A stretch of DNA of 64,000 nucleotides from Octopus vulgaris. Taxonomy: Eukaryota. The notes under the pieces were generated by a model, which ran no database searches, was not told the origin of the DNA, and was given only the letters and a program-made list of their open reading frames with translations. The DNA lies in NCBI GenBank assembly GCA_951406725.2, contig OX597819.1, positions 71,424,001 to 71,488,000 on the forward strand, read 5' to 3'. This document shows, piece by piece, positions 28,020 through 43,200 of the stretch (its first letter is position 1; each line of letters starts with the position of its first letter). Both the position numbers and the translations under genes were made by a program.

Positions 28020-28607
28020 GTTTGGCTGTCGTGTAAGAGCATGCCTATTACACGTAAAGCATTCAATTTCCTGACATTTTCTCCCTAGCAGGAAGTAAGT
28101 AAGGAATTCCTAATCGACGGCTTTTAGGGATATGGGGTTTTACATGTTATTCTTTAACCATATTCGCAGAATAAATCTAATAATTAAAATAGATATTCGA
28201 AACCGGACATCGGACACACTTTGCTACAGTGATATTTACTTCAAACCGCGTATGTATGTATATGTGTGTACATCTGAGTCTATGTGTGTGTCTGTGTGTG
28301 TGCGAGCGCGCACGAGTATGTATAATACATGCCAGATACAAAAGCACAGAAGACGCAGGCATAAATTAGGCGCAAAACAATTTCAGCGGCGCATATTTAG
28401 GAAAAGCTAGTTAGTAGAGCATTAATTTGTGTAACAGAGGGGGAGATGTGCTTAGTGTATGCCACGAAATACGCTTCATATGTACGTACATACATGCATA
28501 CATATACATACGTACATATATATATTTACGTATATATATACATAAATATATATGTGTGTATATATATATATATATGTATGTGTATTATACGTATATATAT
28601 GTATGTA

Positions 28608-28643
<36 letters not shown>

Positions 28644-28656
28644 TCTATGTATGTAT

Positions 28657-28820
28657 AGGCGCAGGAATGGCTTTGTGGTAAGTAGCTAGCTTACCATCCT
28701 CGTGGTGCCCAGTTCAGTTCCAATGCGTGACACCTTGGGCAATTGTCTTCTACTGGAGCCTCGAGGAGACAATTGCCTTGTGAGTGGATTTGGTAGACGG
28801 AAACTGAAAGATACTCGTCG

Positions 28821-28890
<70 letters not shown>

Positions 28891-28900
28891 TATGTATGTG

Positions 28901-28934
<34 letters not shown>

Positions 28935-29168
28935 TGTATGTATGTATGTATGTATGTATGTATGTATGTATGTATGCATGCGTGTATGTATGTGTCTATG
29001 TGGGTATATGCTGGTGTGTTTGCGTCCCCATAACTTAGAGGTTCGCCAAAATAAACCGAATAAGTACTAGGCTTGCAAAGAATAAGTCCTGGGGTCGATA
29101 TGCTCGACTAAAGGCGATGCCCCAGTATAGCCGCAGTCATGTGACTGAAACAAATATAACAATAAAAG
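28657..29168 (+). mobile_element. SINE family A, full length with expanded internal (TA)n/(TATG)n
   Basis: Head ggcgcaggaatggctttgtggtaag, core caccttgggcaa, tail ...gactgaaacaaatataacaataaaagaa. Confidence 0.88.
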
Positions 29169-29844
29169 AATATGTATGTATGTATGTGTGTGTGTATATC
29201 TATATATATACACATATATAAACATATACGTACATGTATACATGTGCACATAACTGTGTGCATAATTTTGCTTTGTGTGTGTGTGTGTATGTGTGTTAAC
29301 TTCCTTGCGCATGCGTGTGCGTGCATGCATATTAGGATTTAGTAATAGTCGTGTAATTAGTCCGATTGATTAACTCACAATTTGATCCCCCCGCCCCCTT
29401 CTCTCCCCCTCCAGCCTTCTACGAAATGTCACTCTATAATGGAATAGAGAAACGAGGAAACTAATGGATTATTATGAAAATAATTAATTAAATAAATAAA
29501 TACAAACGAAACATACCAAACAAAGAATAAACAAAAACAACATACAGAACAATAGCAAAAGAACTGTAAAAAACACCAACAAAAAGAAGCATAAAAGTAA
29601 TGAGGCTTTGACAAAAGAAGAAATTAATGAATCTTTATTTTGTTCTGTTGTTTTATTAATTGTGTTGTTGTTGCTGTTGTTTGTTGTTGTTCTTCTTCTT
29701 GTTGTTCTTGTTGATGCTGTATAAGGGAGAATGCTATTTATTGGATAATGTTTTTAGAACACGATCTACCATGCCAAGATCTTCCCCATGTAATCCGACC
29801 ACAATTAGGTCGTTATTGCATTTCAATGTTGCAAGGCAGTGAGA

Positions 29845-30350
29845 TGGCCGTTATGTTAGGAGGGCGGCAGGAAAAAAAAAATGTCATGTGATATTTGTTC
29901 CGGCTCTTTACAATTTCTGGCTTTCCACCAAAATTTGAAATTATAATTCGGCGGTGGATTGGCATAGATTTACAGAATCTTTAGAGCGTTGGAAAACATG
30001 CTGCGCATTATTTGTTCCAGCACTTTACCTTCTGAGATAAAATCCGACCCTTGTCAACCTTGACTTTCATCTTCCCCGGGTCATAAAATAAAGTAACAGC
30101 CAAGTATTCGAGTCGATGTAATCAGCAGATCCTCTGCCCATTATCCTAATTTGGGCGCTGAATGAGCTGCTAGAATCATAGAAGTACCGCCTTGATGTTT
30201 GGCTTGTCTTCGGATTGTTTTTTAGTAGGCGGAACTCATCCCCCTCCAAGTGTCATGGCAGCTGAGTTGTTAAGGGAAGAAATAGACAGAGAAATGGAAG
30301 AATCGATCCTAGTATATGGCTGGTGCTTCATCTATCGACCTCGGAAGGAC
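29845..30350. mobile_element. Cluster of decayed SINE family B fragments
   Basis: Motifs such as gtcaaccttgactttcatcttccccgggtcataaaataaagta and cggctctttac. Confidence 0.6.
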
Positions 30351-30484
30351 AGAAAGTGTAGCTCATTTGAATACAGAGAGCAAGGTGACAGAACGATTGC
30401 TTTAACGCAATTCACACACAGACACAGATATATGTATGCATCATCTTTGCATATATAGACATATGTATATCTATACACGCACAA

Positions 30485-30578
<94 letters not shown>

Positions 30579-30693
30579 GCATATATATATATGTATATAT
30601 ATATGTGCGTGTGTGTGTCTATAATATATAATATATTGAAACAAAATTTTAGGGCATTTTCATTATATGTATGTATGTGTATATATATATATA

Positions 30694-30777
<84 letters not shown>

Positions 30778-30896
30778 GGGGGACTCAACAAAATGGCTCC
30801 TTTACAGCACCACTAACATGAGAAACGTCGCTATTTCAAGTTTTAGATCATTACAGTTTTTAGCACACAGCTCTTCTATGTTGTATACAACGACAC

Positions 30897-30948
<52 letters not shown>

Positions 30949-31521
30949 TGTATGTATGTATGTATGTATGTATGTATGTATGTATGTATGTATGTATGTA
31001 TTCTTTACATAAGTGAAAACGAAAAAAATCATCTTTCAGTGGAGGATTCAAATAAAGGGTTAATAACAAGTAAAACACAATAACAATAATAAAACCATTG
31101 TGAGGAAACAAATATCTACGGCGGCGTTGGCAGCGACGATGGTGGTTGTGGTTGTGGTGGTGGTGATGGTGGTGGTGTTAGTTTTGGTGAAGCTTGGCGG
31201 GGTTGATATGAGAATCTGGAGTTCCTGACTCGGGTAATTTCCTTCTTATGTAGCAGATGGAAGAAACTATTGAAGCATAAACCTGTAGTCAAGGTACTCT
31301 CTCACATATATATACACACATATATACATAAATATATGCACAAACATACTGATATATGTATATATATATATGTCCAGATATACGAATACACGTACACACA
31401 CCCACACATATATATATGTAGGCATATGTATATATATGCTATATTATTTTATATGTATATATATATATATAGATAGATAGATCGATATATAGAGAGATAA
31501 ATAAATAGATAAATAGATAGA

Positions 31522-31553
<32 letters not shown>

Positions 31554-31584
31554 TAGACAGATAGATAGATAGATAGATAGATAT

Positions 31585-31717
<133 letters not shown>

Positions 31718-32221
31718 GTGACAGACACACTGATACACCTGTCTATATGTAAAATTTTGTGTTTTTTAGTTTAAAATCTTCGAAGCGGGAAATAACCGAA
31801 CAGAACGGGTAATTTTCAATTGAATTGGCAATAAGAAAGCAACAAAAACAACGACGACGACGACGGCGAAGAGGAAAATAACGATGGTAATAGGAAGAAT
31901 AAGTCTCACAGTACTGTTACTGCGGTTGATGATGCTGATGATGATAATGAGAACGGCAACAACAACGACAATAATACAACAGTAATGATAATGATAACAG
32001 ATTGTTTTTATACGGTAAGGAAATGAAGAGTATTTAAAGACTAGATTTTAGATAGAAATCACGAAGCGGTAAGACTGTAAACGAAACAAGGAAAACTGAT
32101 TCAGTAACGAATGGAAACGTAAAACTTGGAATAAAATGTTGGTTTGCTATGAAGAGTTAGAGAATCTATAGATTTCAGACAAATTTTATTTCATATATAT
32201 ATATGTATATATATATGTATG

Positions 32222-32308
<87 letters not shown>

Positions 32309-32507
32309 TGTGTGCATGTATGTATATATGTATGTTTGAATGTATGTGTATATGTATGTCATTGTTCAGTTTAGTTTCACGATTTCTTGCCAATAGTGAA
32401 AGAGCCGGTTTCTAACCTAGATCCAAGTCTCCTTCATTGGAATTTCAAAATCAACAGGCTATATTTGTTTTTCTGTGTATGTATATATGTATTCTGCGAA
32501 TATGTCT

Positions 32508-32757
32508 GTGCACACCTTTCAATGCAATGTATCCCAGAAGGTTTGCAAATCTGACGGAGGCTTGAAAAGACATTTTAAGATACACAGAGATTAGAACTTG
32601 ACTGCAGCTCTTGGTGGTCCAAATCGGATAAGCAATCTATACGGGTGTCTTTTCAAAACGTTGTTTAGTTTAAAAAGCCACATCAGATGCCATGATGGTT
32701 CTAAGGTGTGGGGACAGGAGGCGGTCAAACTCTGAATAAGGAGTAGACAACCGCAAC
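32508..32757 (+). mobile_element. RTE-like LINE 3' end with two decayed C2H2-like fingers
   Basis: One frame reads FQCNVSQKVCKSDGGLKRHFKIH RD* ...NLYGCLFKTLFSLKSHIRCH, followed by a short tail (gagtagacaacc) ending in (GTAT)n. Confidence 0.6.
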
Positions 32758-34076
32758 GTATGTATGTATGTATGTATGTATGTATGTATGTATGTATGTA
32801 TGTATGTATGTATGTTTGTGTGTGCGTGTGTGTGTGCGTGTGTGTGTGCGTGTGTGTGTGCGTGTGTGTGTGATCGATTGCGGTTTTCAGTGGATGCAGA
32901 GCATTCATTTACATGAATACATTGATGAATATAAAATGAATGAACGGTGATCATACTAACAACAGAGTGCCGTGTTTGAGAGTTTCGTATAATGGTGATT
33001 GATCTACACTCATCTGATAAATACGTTATGTATATCTGTTAAACACTGCCTAAAGGACCTGCTGCAGAATTCCTGCCGGTAGCTATTTTGACAATGCGAA
33101 AAATGTCTCTTAATAATGATTTTTTACTCCTTGAAAATATATTCTTTACTTTCTTGGAAGTCGTAACAAGTTATATTTCCACAACAGGGGTTTTTGACAC
33201 TATTCACCTCAAATCCTTAAACTGCCCCTCAATAAAAACAAAAACAACATTAAATACCAACATAACCACAACGGAAGAAGAATATCTTATGGACAAACCT
33301 TAAAATAATTCCTGAATGATATAAGCAGCTTCTAAATGCTAGCTGTATCATTGATCCCCTTCTCGCTTACCTAACACACACACACACACACACTTATCAC
33401 CTTTTTACATTTTAAATCATTCTTCCTCGAATTTAAATTTTTCCTCTTATCGCCTTTATACTTTTCTTTGATACGTTTCAGCCCTAAGACTGAGGCCATG
33501 CTGGAGCACCAAATCCTTTAATTAACACATCTCTTCATTTATTCCCGTCTCTCTGACTGTTTTCTTCCATCTTCTCTGTGTGTGTATGTGTGTGTGTCTC
33601 TCTCTCTTTCTCGCTCATTCATTCACTTACACACCTCACTCTCTCACTCGTCACTCACTCATTCAACTACTCACGTTCTATTTCACTTTCTCATACACCT
33701 TCCTTTCCTCCCACTCTCACTCACTCTTTGACTCAAATAATTCACTCTTTTACTCAATCTCTCTCTCTCATTCATTAATTCTTTCCTTCCCTCCCTCTTT
33801 CAGTCACCCGTTCATTTCCCCCATCCCACCCTCCTCTACTCATTTGTTTTCTTTTCCATATCCACCCACTTTCCCCCTCTCTCTCAATCTTTCTCGTTCT
33901 CTTTCGTTCTCTTCCCTCCGTCCTCACAACCCGGGAATCACGCCGTGTAATTGAGAACCAAAATGACACTGATTCAATCGGAGAGAAGAATTCCATATTT
34001 GCTACATCTCTATTGCAACATTGGCTGAAGATCGATAGACACAGAAGTTAAGCAACAAAAGTACTATTACCAGCAA

Positions 34077-34473
34077 AAAGAAGAAGAAGAAGAAGAAGAA
34101 GAAGAAGAAGAAGAAGAAGAAGAAGAAGAAGAAGAAGAAGAAGAAGAAGAAGACGGGGAAGAAGAAGAAGAAGAAGAAGAAGAAGAAGAAGAAGAAGAAG
34201 AAGAAGAAGAAGAAGGGGAAGAAGAAGACGAGGACGAAGAAGGCGAAGAAGGAGGAGGAGAAGAAGAAGAAGACGAAGAAGAAGAAGAAGAAGAAGAAGA
34301 CGGGGAAGAAGAAGACGAAGACGAAGAAGAAGACGAAGAAGGAGGAGAAGAAGAAGAAGAAGAAGAAGAAGAAGAAGGAAGAGGAGTAGGAGGAGGGGAA
34401 GAGAAGAATAACAACCACAGCAACAACAATAATAATAATAACAACAATAATAATAATATTAATAATAATAATG

Positions 34474-34533
<60 letters not shown>

Positions 34534-34542
34534 TTAATAATA

Positions 34543-34597
<55 letters not shown>

Positions 34598-34627
34598 CGA
34601 CGACGACGACCACTACGATGATGATGA
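34077..34627. repeat. Compound trinucleotide array (GAA)n-(TAA)n-(GAT)n
   Basis: Directly visible, about 550 bp. Confidence 0.95.
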
Positions 34628-34861
34628 GGTATGAAGTAAGAGAACAACTTACAGAATTTTGAATAAGATACTGCATCGTGTTTCGCGCAAACTATTTAAT
34701 GAATTTAAAAATCGCTTTTGCTGAGTAATACATTTAATGTATGGCTTTTATATTCGGTTGAGATAGATTTATTTCTGCATCTGTGCATGTAACTAACCAC
34801 CTATCTATTTCTTTAAACGATACAGGGTGCGCTCACACGCACGCATATAGATACATACTCG

Positions 34862-34907
<46 letters not shown>

Positions 34908-35028
34908 CACAATCGCGCAAACGTAGTCAAACGCAGACAACTGTACACGTAATATCCGTGAAATATCACCCTCTCTCTCTCTCTCTCTCTCTCCATCTCT
35001 CTCGAACTCTGCAAGCACGCATGAACAC

Positions 35029-35106
<78 letters not shown>

Positions 35107-35290
35107 GCACACACACACACACACAAACACATGTCAGCTTAACTACACCCTTCTCTGCTCACCTACCTACCCATTAAATTTCAATTTAACCCACCCGCTC
35201 ACATCTATTTATCAATTTACCATTTACCAATTCCAATTTTCTAATTTCTAAGTCTTCTGCTGCTTCACCAGTAAATAGTGTACATATATG

Positions 35291-35329
<39 letters not shown>

Positions 35330-35795
35330 ACACACGCGCGCGCACATACATACATACACTCACATACGCGCACATGCACACGGAAGTATGTATGCATAAC
35401 ATACAAGCTCAAACGCAAGGAAGCATGCTTAGACACAAACACACACATACACACACACACGCGTATGCACACACACACACACACTGATATACATGCATTC
35501 GCACACACATACACAATCATAATCATAGACACATGCAGTCACTAACACAAATGTATACAAACATAGATAAATATATATATGCACACATACATTTATACCT
35601 CTGTAGGAAATTTTAAAAAGAAAGAAATAATTTAAAAAATTGAATAACAGAGCAGACATTTGGGAACGTAACAACAACAACAACAACATCAATGTAAATA
35701 TAATATAAAACTAATCGATAACATCAACTGAAGCAGCAACAAACACACACACGAATAAAAATGCAAACACATGCACACTCACATATGTATGTATA

Positions 35796-35858
<63 letters not shown>

Positions 35859-36480
35859 TAAAACTATATTGCAACCAATATACAACTATATAAAGCATAC
35901 TAAATATAACTACATATAACTTTACACCTCTCCCTAGTGTTTAATGAAACTCTAAATTCAACACCTGTTATTGATTTTGTATTGGCCAAGAGAAACGAAG
36001 CTTTCAGTTCCCTTCTTTCTTTCCTACTTTCTTTCTTCCTTTCTTTCGTCCTTCCATCTTTTCTTTCTTTCTTTCTGTCTTTCTTTCTTTCTTTTTTTCT
36101 TTCTTTCTTTCTTTCTTTCTTTCTTTCGTGCTTTCTTTCTTTCTCGCTATTTGTTTTTGGGAAAGTATTTACTAATTTTTCTTTTTTTGTAAATTTTATT
36201 TTATTCTTGTTTATTTTTACTCCCATCAGTTTAAAAGGTGTTGTTCTGTTTCACTGAAGCAACATGGCGGCAATTGAGGTATATGTTCGTACGCTCATAC
36301 ACGCACAAACATGCATGCATGTTTGTGCGTGTGCGTATATGTGTATATATATACACATATATACATATACATATATATGTATATATATAGACATATACAT
36401 ATATACATATATACACATATATACATTCATACGTAAACGCATATATATATATATACATATATAAACACACACACACACAC

Positions 36481-36513
<33 letters not shown>

Positions 36514-36629
36514 TATATGCATATATATAGACATATACATATATATATACTTAAATATATATATATATGTCTACACATGTATATAAATACATATATACAT
36601 ACAAATACATGTATGAACATACGTGTGTG

Positions 36630-36670
<41 letters not shown>

Positions 36671-36887
36671 ATGTGTGTGTGTGTGTATGTGTGTATGTGT
36701 GTGTGTGCGTGTGTGTGTGTGTGTGTGCATATATCCCAACTCCCAAATCTCAAATTTAAAATAGGATGAAAAAAGAAATCTCTAAAGGCTAAAGTATTAG
36801 ATGAGGATTTTTCCAGATTTCAATATTTTTCACTTCTTATAATCTATATTTTATTTTTGATTTTAATATTATATATTTATTTATTTG

Positions 36888-36943
<56 letters not shown>

Positions 36944-37011
36944 TTAGAATGTGTTGGTTTTCCTCTCTCCTCTTCCCTCCAAAACTAACAATTCAGAAAA
37001 TAATTCTGAGA

Positions 37012-37325
37012 ATCGCAGGCTTGGCTATGTGATAAAAAGCTTCCTTCCCAGCCACATGATTCCGGTTTCAGTCTCACGGCGTGTCACCCTGGGCAAGCGT
37101 CTTCTTCTCGGGCCGACCAATGACTTGGTTGGCGTATGTATGTATATATTTATTTGTGTGTTTGGGTTTGTTCCACCACTATCGCCTGACAACTTATGTA
37201 GGTGTTTTTACGTCCCCGTAACGGAGCGGTTCGGAAAAAGCGACCGATAGAATAAGTACTAGGCTTAGAAGGAATATGTCCTGGGTTGATTCGCTCGACT
37301 AAAGGAGTTGGTTCAGCATGGTCTC
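37012..37325 (+). mobile_element. SINE family A, internally deleted
   Basis: Head, core and tail motifs are all present. Confidence 0.8.
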
Positions 37326-37339
37326 CATACACACACACG

Positions 37340-37407
<68 letters not shown>

Positions 37408-37747
37408 CATACACACACATACACACATACACACGCTTCCGCAGAGCTTGTGGCATATCTGTAGAGAGATTTTGCGGTATCTGTACATATAGTCCCAGCT
37501 GACAATTCGGATTTGTCTTGGAGGTAAGAGAAGTATAGGATAATGGTGAGCAGTGAAATTTTATTAAAATATCAACGTACGTGGTTCTCGCTCACTTCCG
37601 AAACGATATGAATTTTGCCCATTATCGAGCTGGACTGTTTTTCATGAACACAGTCTGTAAGTCTTTAAAGATGTCTGCCTTGCACGAAATATCGCAGCTA
37701 CAAGCGTCTTAAGACATACACCTTAAGAATGTAATATTGGTAATATT

Positions 37748-37830
<83 letters not shown>

Positions 37831-37837
37831 GTATATA

Positions 37838-37962
37838 GGCGCGTGGGTAAGGTCATGAGTTCAATTCCCAGCGACGCGTTGTATCCTTGAGCAAGACACG
37901 AGCAGGATGTTCCGTTGATCGTATCAGCTGGGATCCACGTTATCGTAACCGACGGAGTGCTC
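37838..37962 (+). mobile_element. SINE family D, internally deleted copy
   Basis: Matches the head and tail of 43786-44109. Confidence 0.7.
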
Positions 37963-37963
37963 G

Positions 37964-38001
<38 letters not shown>

Positions 38002-38002
38002 T

Positions 38003-38206
38003 AGTGAAAATTTATAAAAAAAACAAAGGACGAACACGAGTGTGTAAACAACAAACAGATGTATTAGTTTAACGCTCGGGAAGTGAGAAAGTCTTTTACG
38101 TTTCGAGCCTATGCTCTTCGACAGAAAGGAACACAGAAAAAAACAGAGAGAGAAAATAGAAAAAAGGTTTAGTGGCTAGCGATCTATCATTGCGAATGCC
38201 GGACCA

Positions 38207-38208
<2 letters not shown>
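38003..38208 (-). mobile_element. Penelope-like pLTR fragment with minimal hammerhead (38094-38128)
   Basis: cttt-CTGTCGA-a-gagc-atag-gctc-GAAA-cg-TA-aaag. Homologous to 61710-61898 and flanked by (TG)n and (TA)n. Confidence 0.75.
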
Positions 38209-38261
<53 letters not shown>

Positions 38262-38333
38262 GCAGTATATGTATGTGTATATGTATATTCATATATCTCT
38301 ATATAAATGTGTACATATCTATATGCAAATGTG

Positions 38334-38364
<31 letters not shown>

Positions 38365-38953
38365 ATGTATATATATATGTATATATATATATGCATATAT
38401 ACATATATGTATACATAATACATGTACGAACATATATATGTATGTGTACGTATGTATCTATCTATCTGTGCGCATGTGTGTGTGTATCAACAATTTACTG
38501 AATAGTAAGTTACCAGGGTTTTTTTTGTATTTTTTAAAATCTTTTACAAACATTCAGTTATTCCAGCTACAGTTTGAAGCTGTTTTTACCAGAAGCAAAA
38601 CAAGATGAGACTGATAAAAATCCAGAAAGAAAAGTTAATAAAATAAACAATTTAACTGAAATAAAACAAAATTAATCACAGAATAACGAAGGTTAAGCAG
38701 AACTTGTAAATCTGCGTCTGTTAATTGAAAGGATTCGTTTATTGAATTCTCGGCCAATTTAATATTGAAATCATTGACTTTCATCTGCAACTATTAAACC
38801 TTGAAGAGAGGCAGTTACTTGTGTGCATGTGCATGTGTATGTATGTGTGGGTGTGTACGTGTGCAGGAACAGACATGATCGTGCATGTTCGTGCACAATT
38901 TCCAAATGAAACCAGCTTACACCAGCATCTCCTATATATATATGTATGATATA

Positions 38954-39020
<67 letters not shown>

Positions 39021-39196
39021 GTAATAGATTAATTACTAGGTTGATAGAGGGATACATAGATAGGTGGATGGGTTTATGTTTGTGCATATACATGTAGCTC
39101 TATATACGTACATATATTTCTATATATATATACATATATATACATACAAACATATATATATAAATAAATATATATATATATACATGCTTACATATA

Positions 39197-39254
<58 letters not shown>

Positions 39255-39307
39255 GTATGTATATATATATGTGTATATATATATATATGTATACATATAT
39301 ATGTGTG

Positions 39308-39353
<46 letters not shown>

Positions 39354-39435
39354 CAAACGTTGGTGTGGGTTGTTTTGTGTGCACACGTATGTACTTCGTG
39401 ATACTCCCCGGTACCGTTGCTGCTATTGCTAATAC

Positions 39436-39489
<54 letters not shown>

Positions 39490-40443
39490 CGGTGGTGGTG
39501 GTGGTGGTGAGGAGGAGGAGGAGGGGTTAGGAAGGCGTAGAAAAAAATTTAAACGATAATAATGAACGGCGCTGATGAAAGCCATTTGGAAATTTCGATT
39601 CAAGTCAACTCAAAATTTTATTAAATTTAAATTTGCTTTTTTTTCATTTATATATTTGTTTATTTATTGTTACCTTATTTTAATTCACTTATTTATTAAT
39701 GCATTTCATTTGTTTGTTTGTCTGTTTGTTTATTTGTTTGTTTTGTTTATACGCTTCTTCGCTATTTTTCGACTGACTCCAGAACATGTAAACAAGATGG
39801 ACGCGGCCTAACGCAGAACAATTTACAACTTTTTCCCAGACATGAAACAAGTATTTTTCTCATGTCTTTTATGTAATTTTGCTGTCGTTATTTTCTTTAA
39901 AGTAGTTATTCTCCTATGTCGTATTGCTTAGACAATCATTTTATCATATTCACTACAACTACTACAACCACCAACATCAACAACAACACCGACACCATCA
40001 CACCGTTCCCACTTCTACCATTAGTACTACGCCTACTCCTACTTCTACTACGACTGCTACTACTTCTATTACTACTACTACGACGACGACCACTTTCACC
40101 ACCACCACCAATACTACTACTACTATCTTTTCCTGGCGGATTAGCAAAATCGTTAGAGCATCGGATGAAATGCTTTGCTGTATTTATTTTAAACGAAGTC
40201 AACTTTGTCGATAAAATCTATTTCCTTTTGTTTTGCAAAACGATGGGAAGCTATATGTGTTCAGGAAGGGAATGGAACGGGAGATGTTCTTTAGTTTCGC
40301 CCCAAGATAATCGATGGGGAAAGGGCTCATTGGGTGTGGGGAGGAAGGTTTAGATCACAACATGAACAGGGACCAGCGGGCAGAAATGAGGACCTGGTTA
40401 TAACCTTATCAAACCGCTGAGTTTTCGCCACTTTGTGCATGCG

Positions 40444-40930
40444 GAGGCGCGCAGCTTAGTGGTTAGGGTGTTGGACTTATGATCGTAAGATTGTGGTTTC
40501 CACAATCTTACGAAGGCGTCGAGCTGGCAGAAACGTTAGCACACCGGGCGAAATGCTTAGCGGTATTTCGTCTGCCGTTACGTTCTGAGTTCAAATTCCG
40601 CCGAGGTCGACTTTGCCTTTCATTCTTTCGGGGTCGATAAATTAAGTACCAGTTACGCACTGGGATCGATGTAATCGACTTAATCCCTTTCTCTGTCCTT
40701 GTTTGTCCCCTCTATGTTTAGCCCCTTGTGGGCAATAAAGAAATAAGATTGTGGTTTCCATTCCTGGACCGGGCGATGCGTTGTGTTCTTGAACAAAAAC
40801 ACTTCATTTCACTCCACTGACAAAAGTGAGCATTTCCTGCGACGGACTGGCGACCTATCCAGTGGGGAGAAAACATGTGCGTCACGGCAACTGGGAAACC
40901 GTTCCTAGGCGTTTATATGACTTGGCAAGT
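40444..40930 (+). mobile_element. SINE family C (tRNA head plus V-SINE-like domain), interrupted by a family B insertion
   Basis: A-box gcttagtggttag and cctgcgacggactggcgacctatccag (V-domain-like, from recall). The two halves rejoin at the duplicated target. Confidence 0.75.
40514..40743 (+). mobile_element. SINE family B (MetaSINE-like), full length with 17-bp TSD
   Basis: B-box gagttcaaattcc and central gcctttcattctttcggggtcgataaattaagtacc. TSD TAAGATTGTGGTTTCCA at 40486-40502 and 40744-40760. Confidence 0.9.
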
Positions 40931-41550
40931 ATATACTTCTTTATGTCGTCTAAAAATAAAATTCGGTTTTTATTTCTCGCGTTTCTTCTTCAAAATCGTA
41001 CACTCATTATTTGCCCTTAGTTTACACAATTTCTGTTTTTCTTTTTTTTTTTTCTGAACTGTTTTCTTTGTCAAAACGTTCCTGACTCATTCCCTCCCCA
41101 CCGCTTCGTTTTTATAAATAAATTAGACTCGTTCCACTTTGCACATTTTTTAAAGAAACATTGCCTATCCACCCCACCCTTTCTCTATTATGAATGTCTT
41201 GTTGTAATTGTATGTATGAATGAAAATTGAATATAAATTGAATGCTATGGCAAACTAAATGAAAGAACTATTACAGAAGAAGTCATCATCACCGCCATCA
41301 CCTAAGCTACAACCATCACCACCACCGCCATCATTGATATCATCGTCATCGACATCGTCTTCGTTATTGTTGTTGCTGTTGTTGTTATCATTCCAATTTT
41401 AGTATCTATTTTGCTAATCGTATTTATGTTCAAGAAGCGAAAATATAAAGCACAAAACCAGAAAATGAATAATTTATGAAAAGAAGTTTTAAGTAATTTG
41501 GTAAATGTGCTCAGGCACGCTACAACACGTGTGTATGTGTGTGTGTGTGT

Positions 41551-41601
<51 letters not shown>

Positions 41602-41814
41602 CCAGTGTTATGAATATGTATTTCTGTGAATTATATATACGTGTGCATACGATTACTTCTAGTATTGCCAATGGACTCCGCTGATTTTTAAAGTAAGAAA
41701 ACTGAACGGACATCTTTCGGCTTTATTAGTTCTCGTCATCGAAATATATTCTACCCAGTCGACAAATATAATACATATATACATACATATATACATATAT
41801 ATATACATACATAT

Positions 41815-41887
<73 letters not shown>

Positions 41888-41889
41888 TA

Positions 41890-42326
41890 GGCGCAGGAGT
41901 GGCTGTATGGTAAGCTTGTTTACCAAACACATGGTTCTGGGTTCAGTCCCACTGCGTGGCACCTTGGGCAAGTGTCTTCTACTATAGTCTCGGGTTGACC
42001 AAAGCATTGTGAGTGGATTTGGTAGACGGAAACTGAAAGAAGCTCGTCGCATATATATATATGTGTGTGTGTGTGTGTGTTGAGTGTGTGTGTGTGTATG
42101 TGTATGTGTGTGCATGTCTGTGTGTCTGTATTTGTACCCCAACATCGCTTTTCAACCGATGCTGGTGTGTTTACGCCACCGTAACGTAGCGGTTCGGCAG
42201 AAGAAATCCGATAGAATAAGTTCTGGACTTACAAAGAATAAGTCCTGGGTTCCATTTGGTCGATTAAAAGGCGGTGTCCCAGCCTGGCCGCAGTTAAATG
42301 ACTTAAACATGTAAAAGAATAAAAGA

Positions 42327-42327
<1 letters not shown>
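41890..42327 (+). mobile_element. SINE family A, full length
   Basis: tRNA-like A and B boxes (gtggctgtatggtaag, gggttcagtccc), CORE-like accttgggcaagt, internal (TA)/(TG) tract and (AAAGAAT)n-like tail. Confidence 0.9.
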
Positions 42328-42367
<40 letters not shown>

Positions 42368-42409
42368 TTTTTGACGGTGAAACCCGAAGTAGATAAAGCT
42401 GTAATTAAT

Positions 42410-42630
42410 CTTTTCTACTAAATTCTACTTATCGAAATTTCGTAGGAGGAAGATTATATTGACCTCGATTATATTGACCTCAGTGTTCAATCAGTAGTTA
42501 TTTTATCGATCATGAAAAGATGAAGGGCAATGCCAACCTCGGCGGAATTTGAACTAAGAACGTAGCGACGGATGAAATACCGCTAAGAATTTCGCCCGCA
42601 TGCTAACGAATCTGCCAGCTCACCGCCTTT
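42410..42630 (-). mobile_element. SINE family B
   Basis: Reverse complement of the 40514 copy's motifs. Confidence 0.82.
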
Positions 42631-43136
42631 GAGCGTTAAACAATGACATGGAGATATTGCGTGAAAAATACCCTCTGAAAAAAAAAAAACAGAACACTGC
42701 CCGTGACTCGAAAGCGCATCTTCTGTAAATATGAAAGCTGTTCTAACACTGGATTAAAGTAGTCCTTCAAATTTCGCCATCGATTGCATACATAGAGAGA
42801 TAGATAGATGAATATATATATAGAGAGAGAGACTGAGAGATGTAGGTATGCTGATTACGAGGGGAGTTTATATAGACAATTATATCTACTGATATAAATT
42901 TTACACAGATATGAATTTATATATGTATATGTGTGTGTGTGTGTATCTGTGTCTGTGTGGGCACGTTTGTGCGTGCGCGTACATATATGAGTGTGTATGT
43001 GTGCGTATGTGTATGTGTGTGCATGCATGCACACGTGCACATACAGATACAACAACGAAATTCAAGGAAAGTAGGTGTAACAAGTGCAAAATTATATTTG
43101 AGGATGATTTTAGGAATACTATTCCGAACATTATAC

Positions 43137-43200
<64 letters not shown>

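Noticed and set aside
32508-32734. Host C2H2 zinc-finger gene
   Set aside because: In-frame stop, lost cysteines and an RTE-like tail ending in a microsatellite point to a LINE C-terminus.
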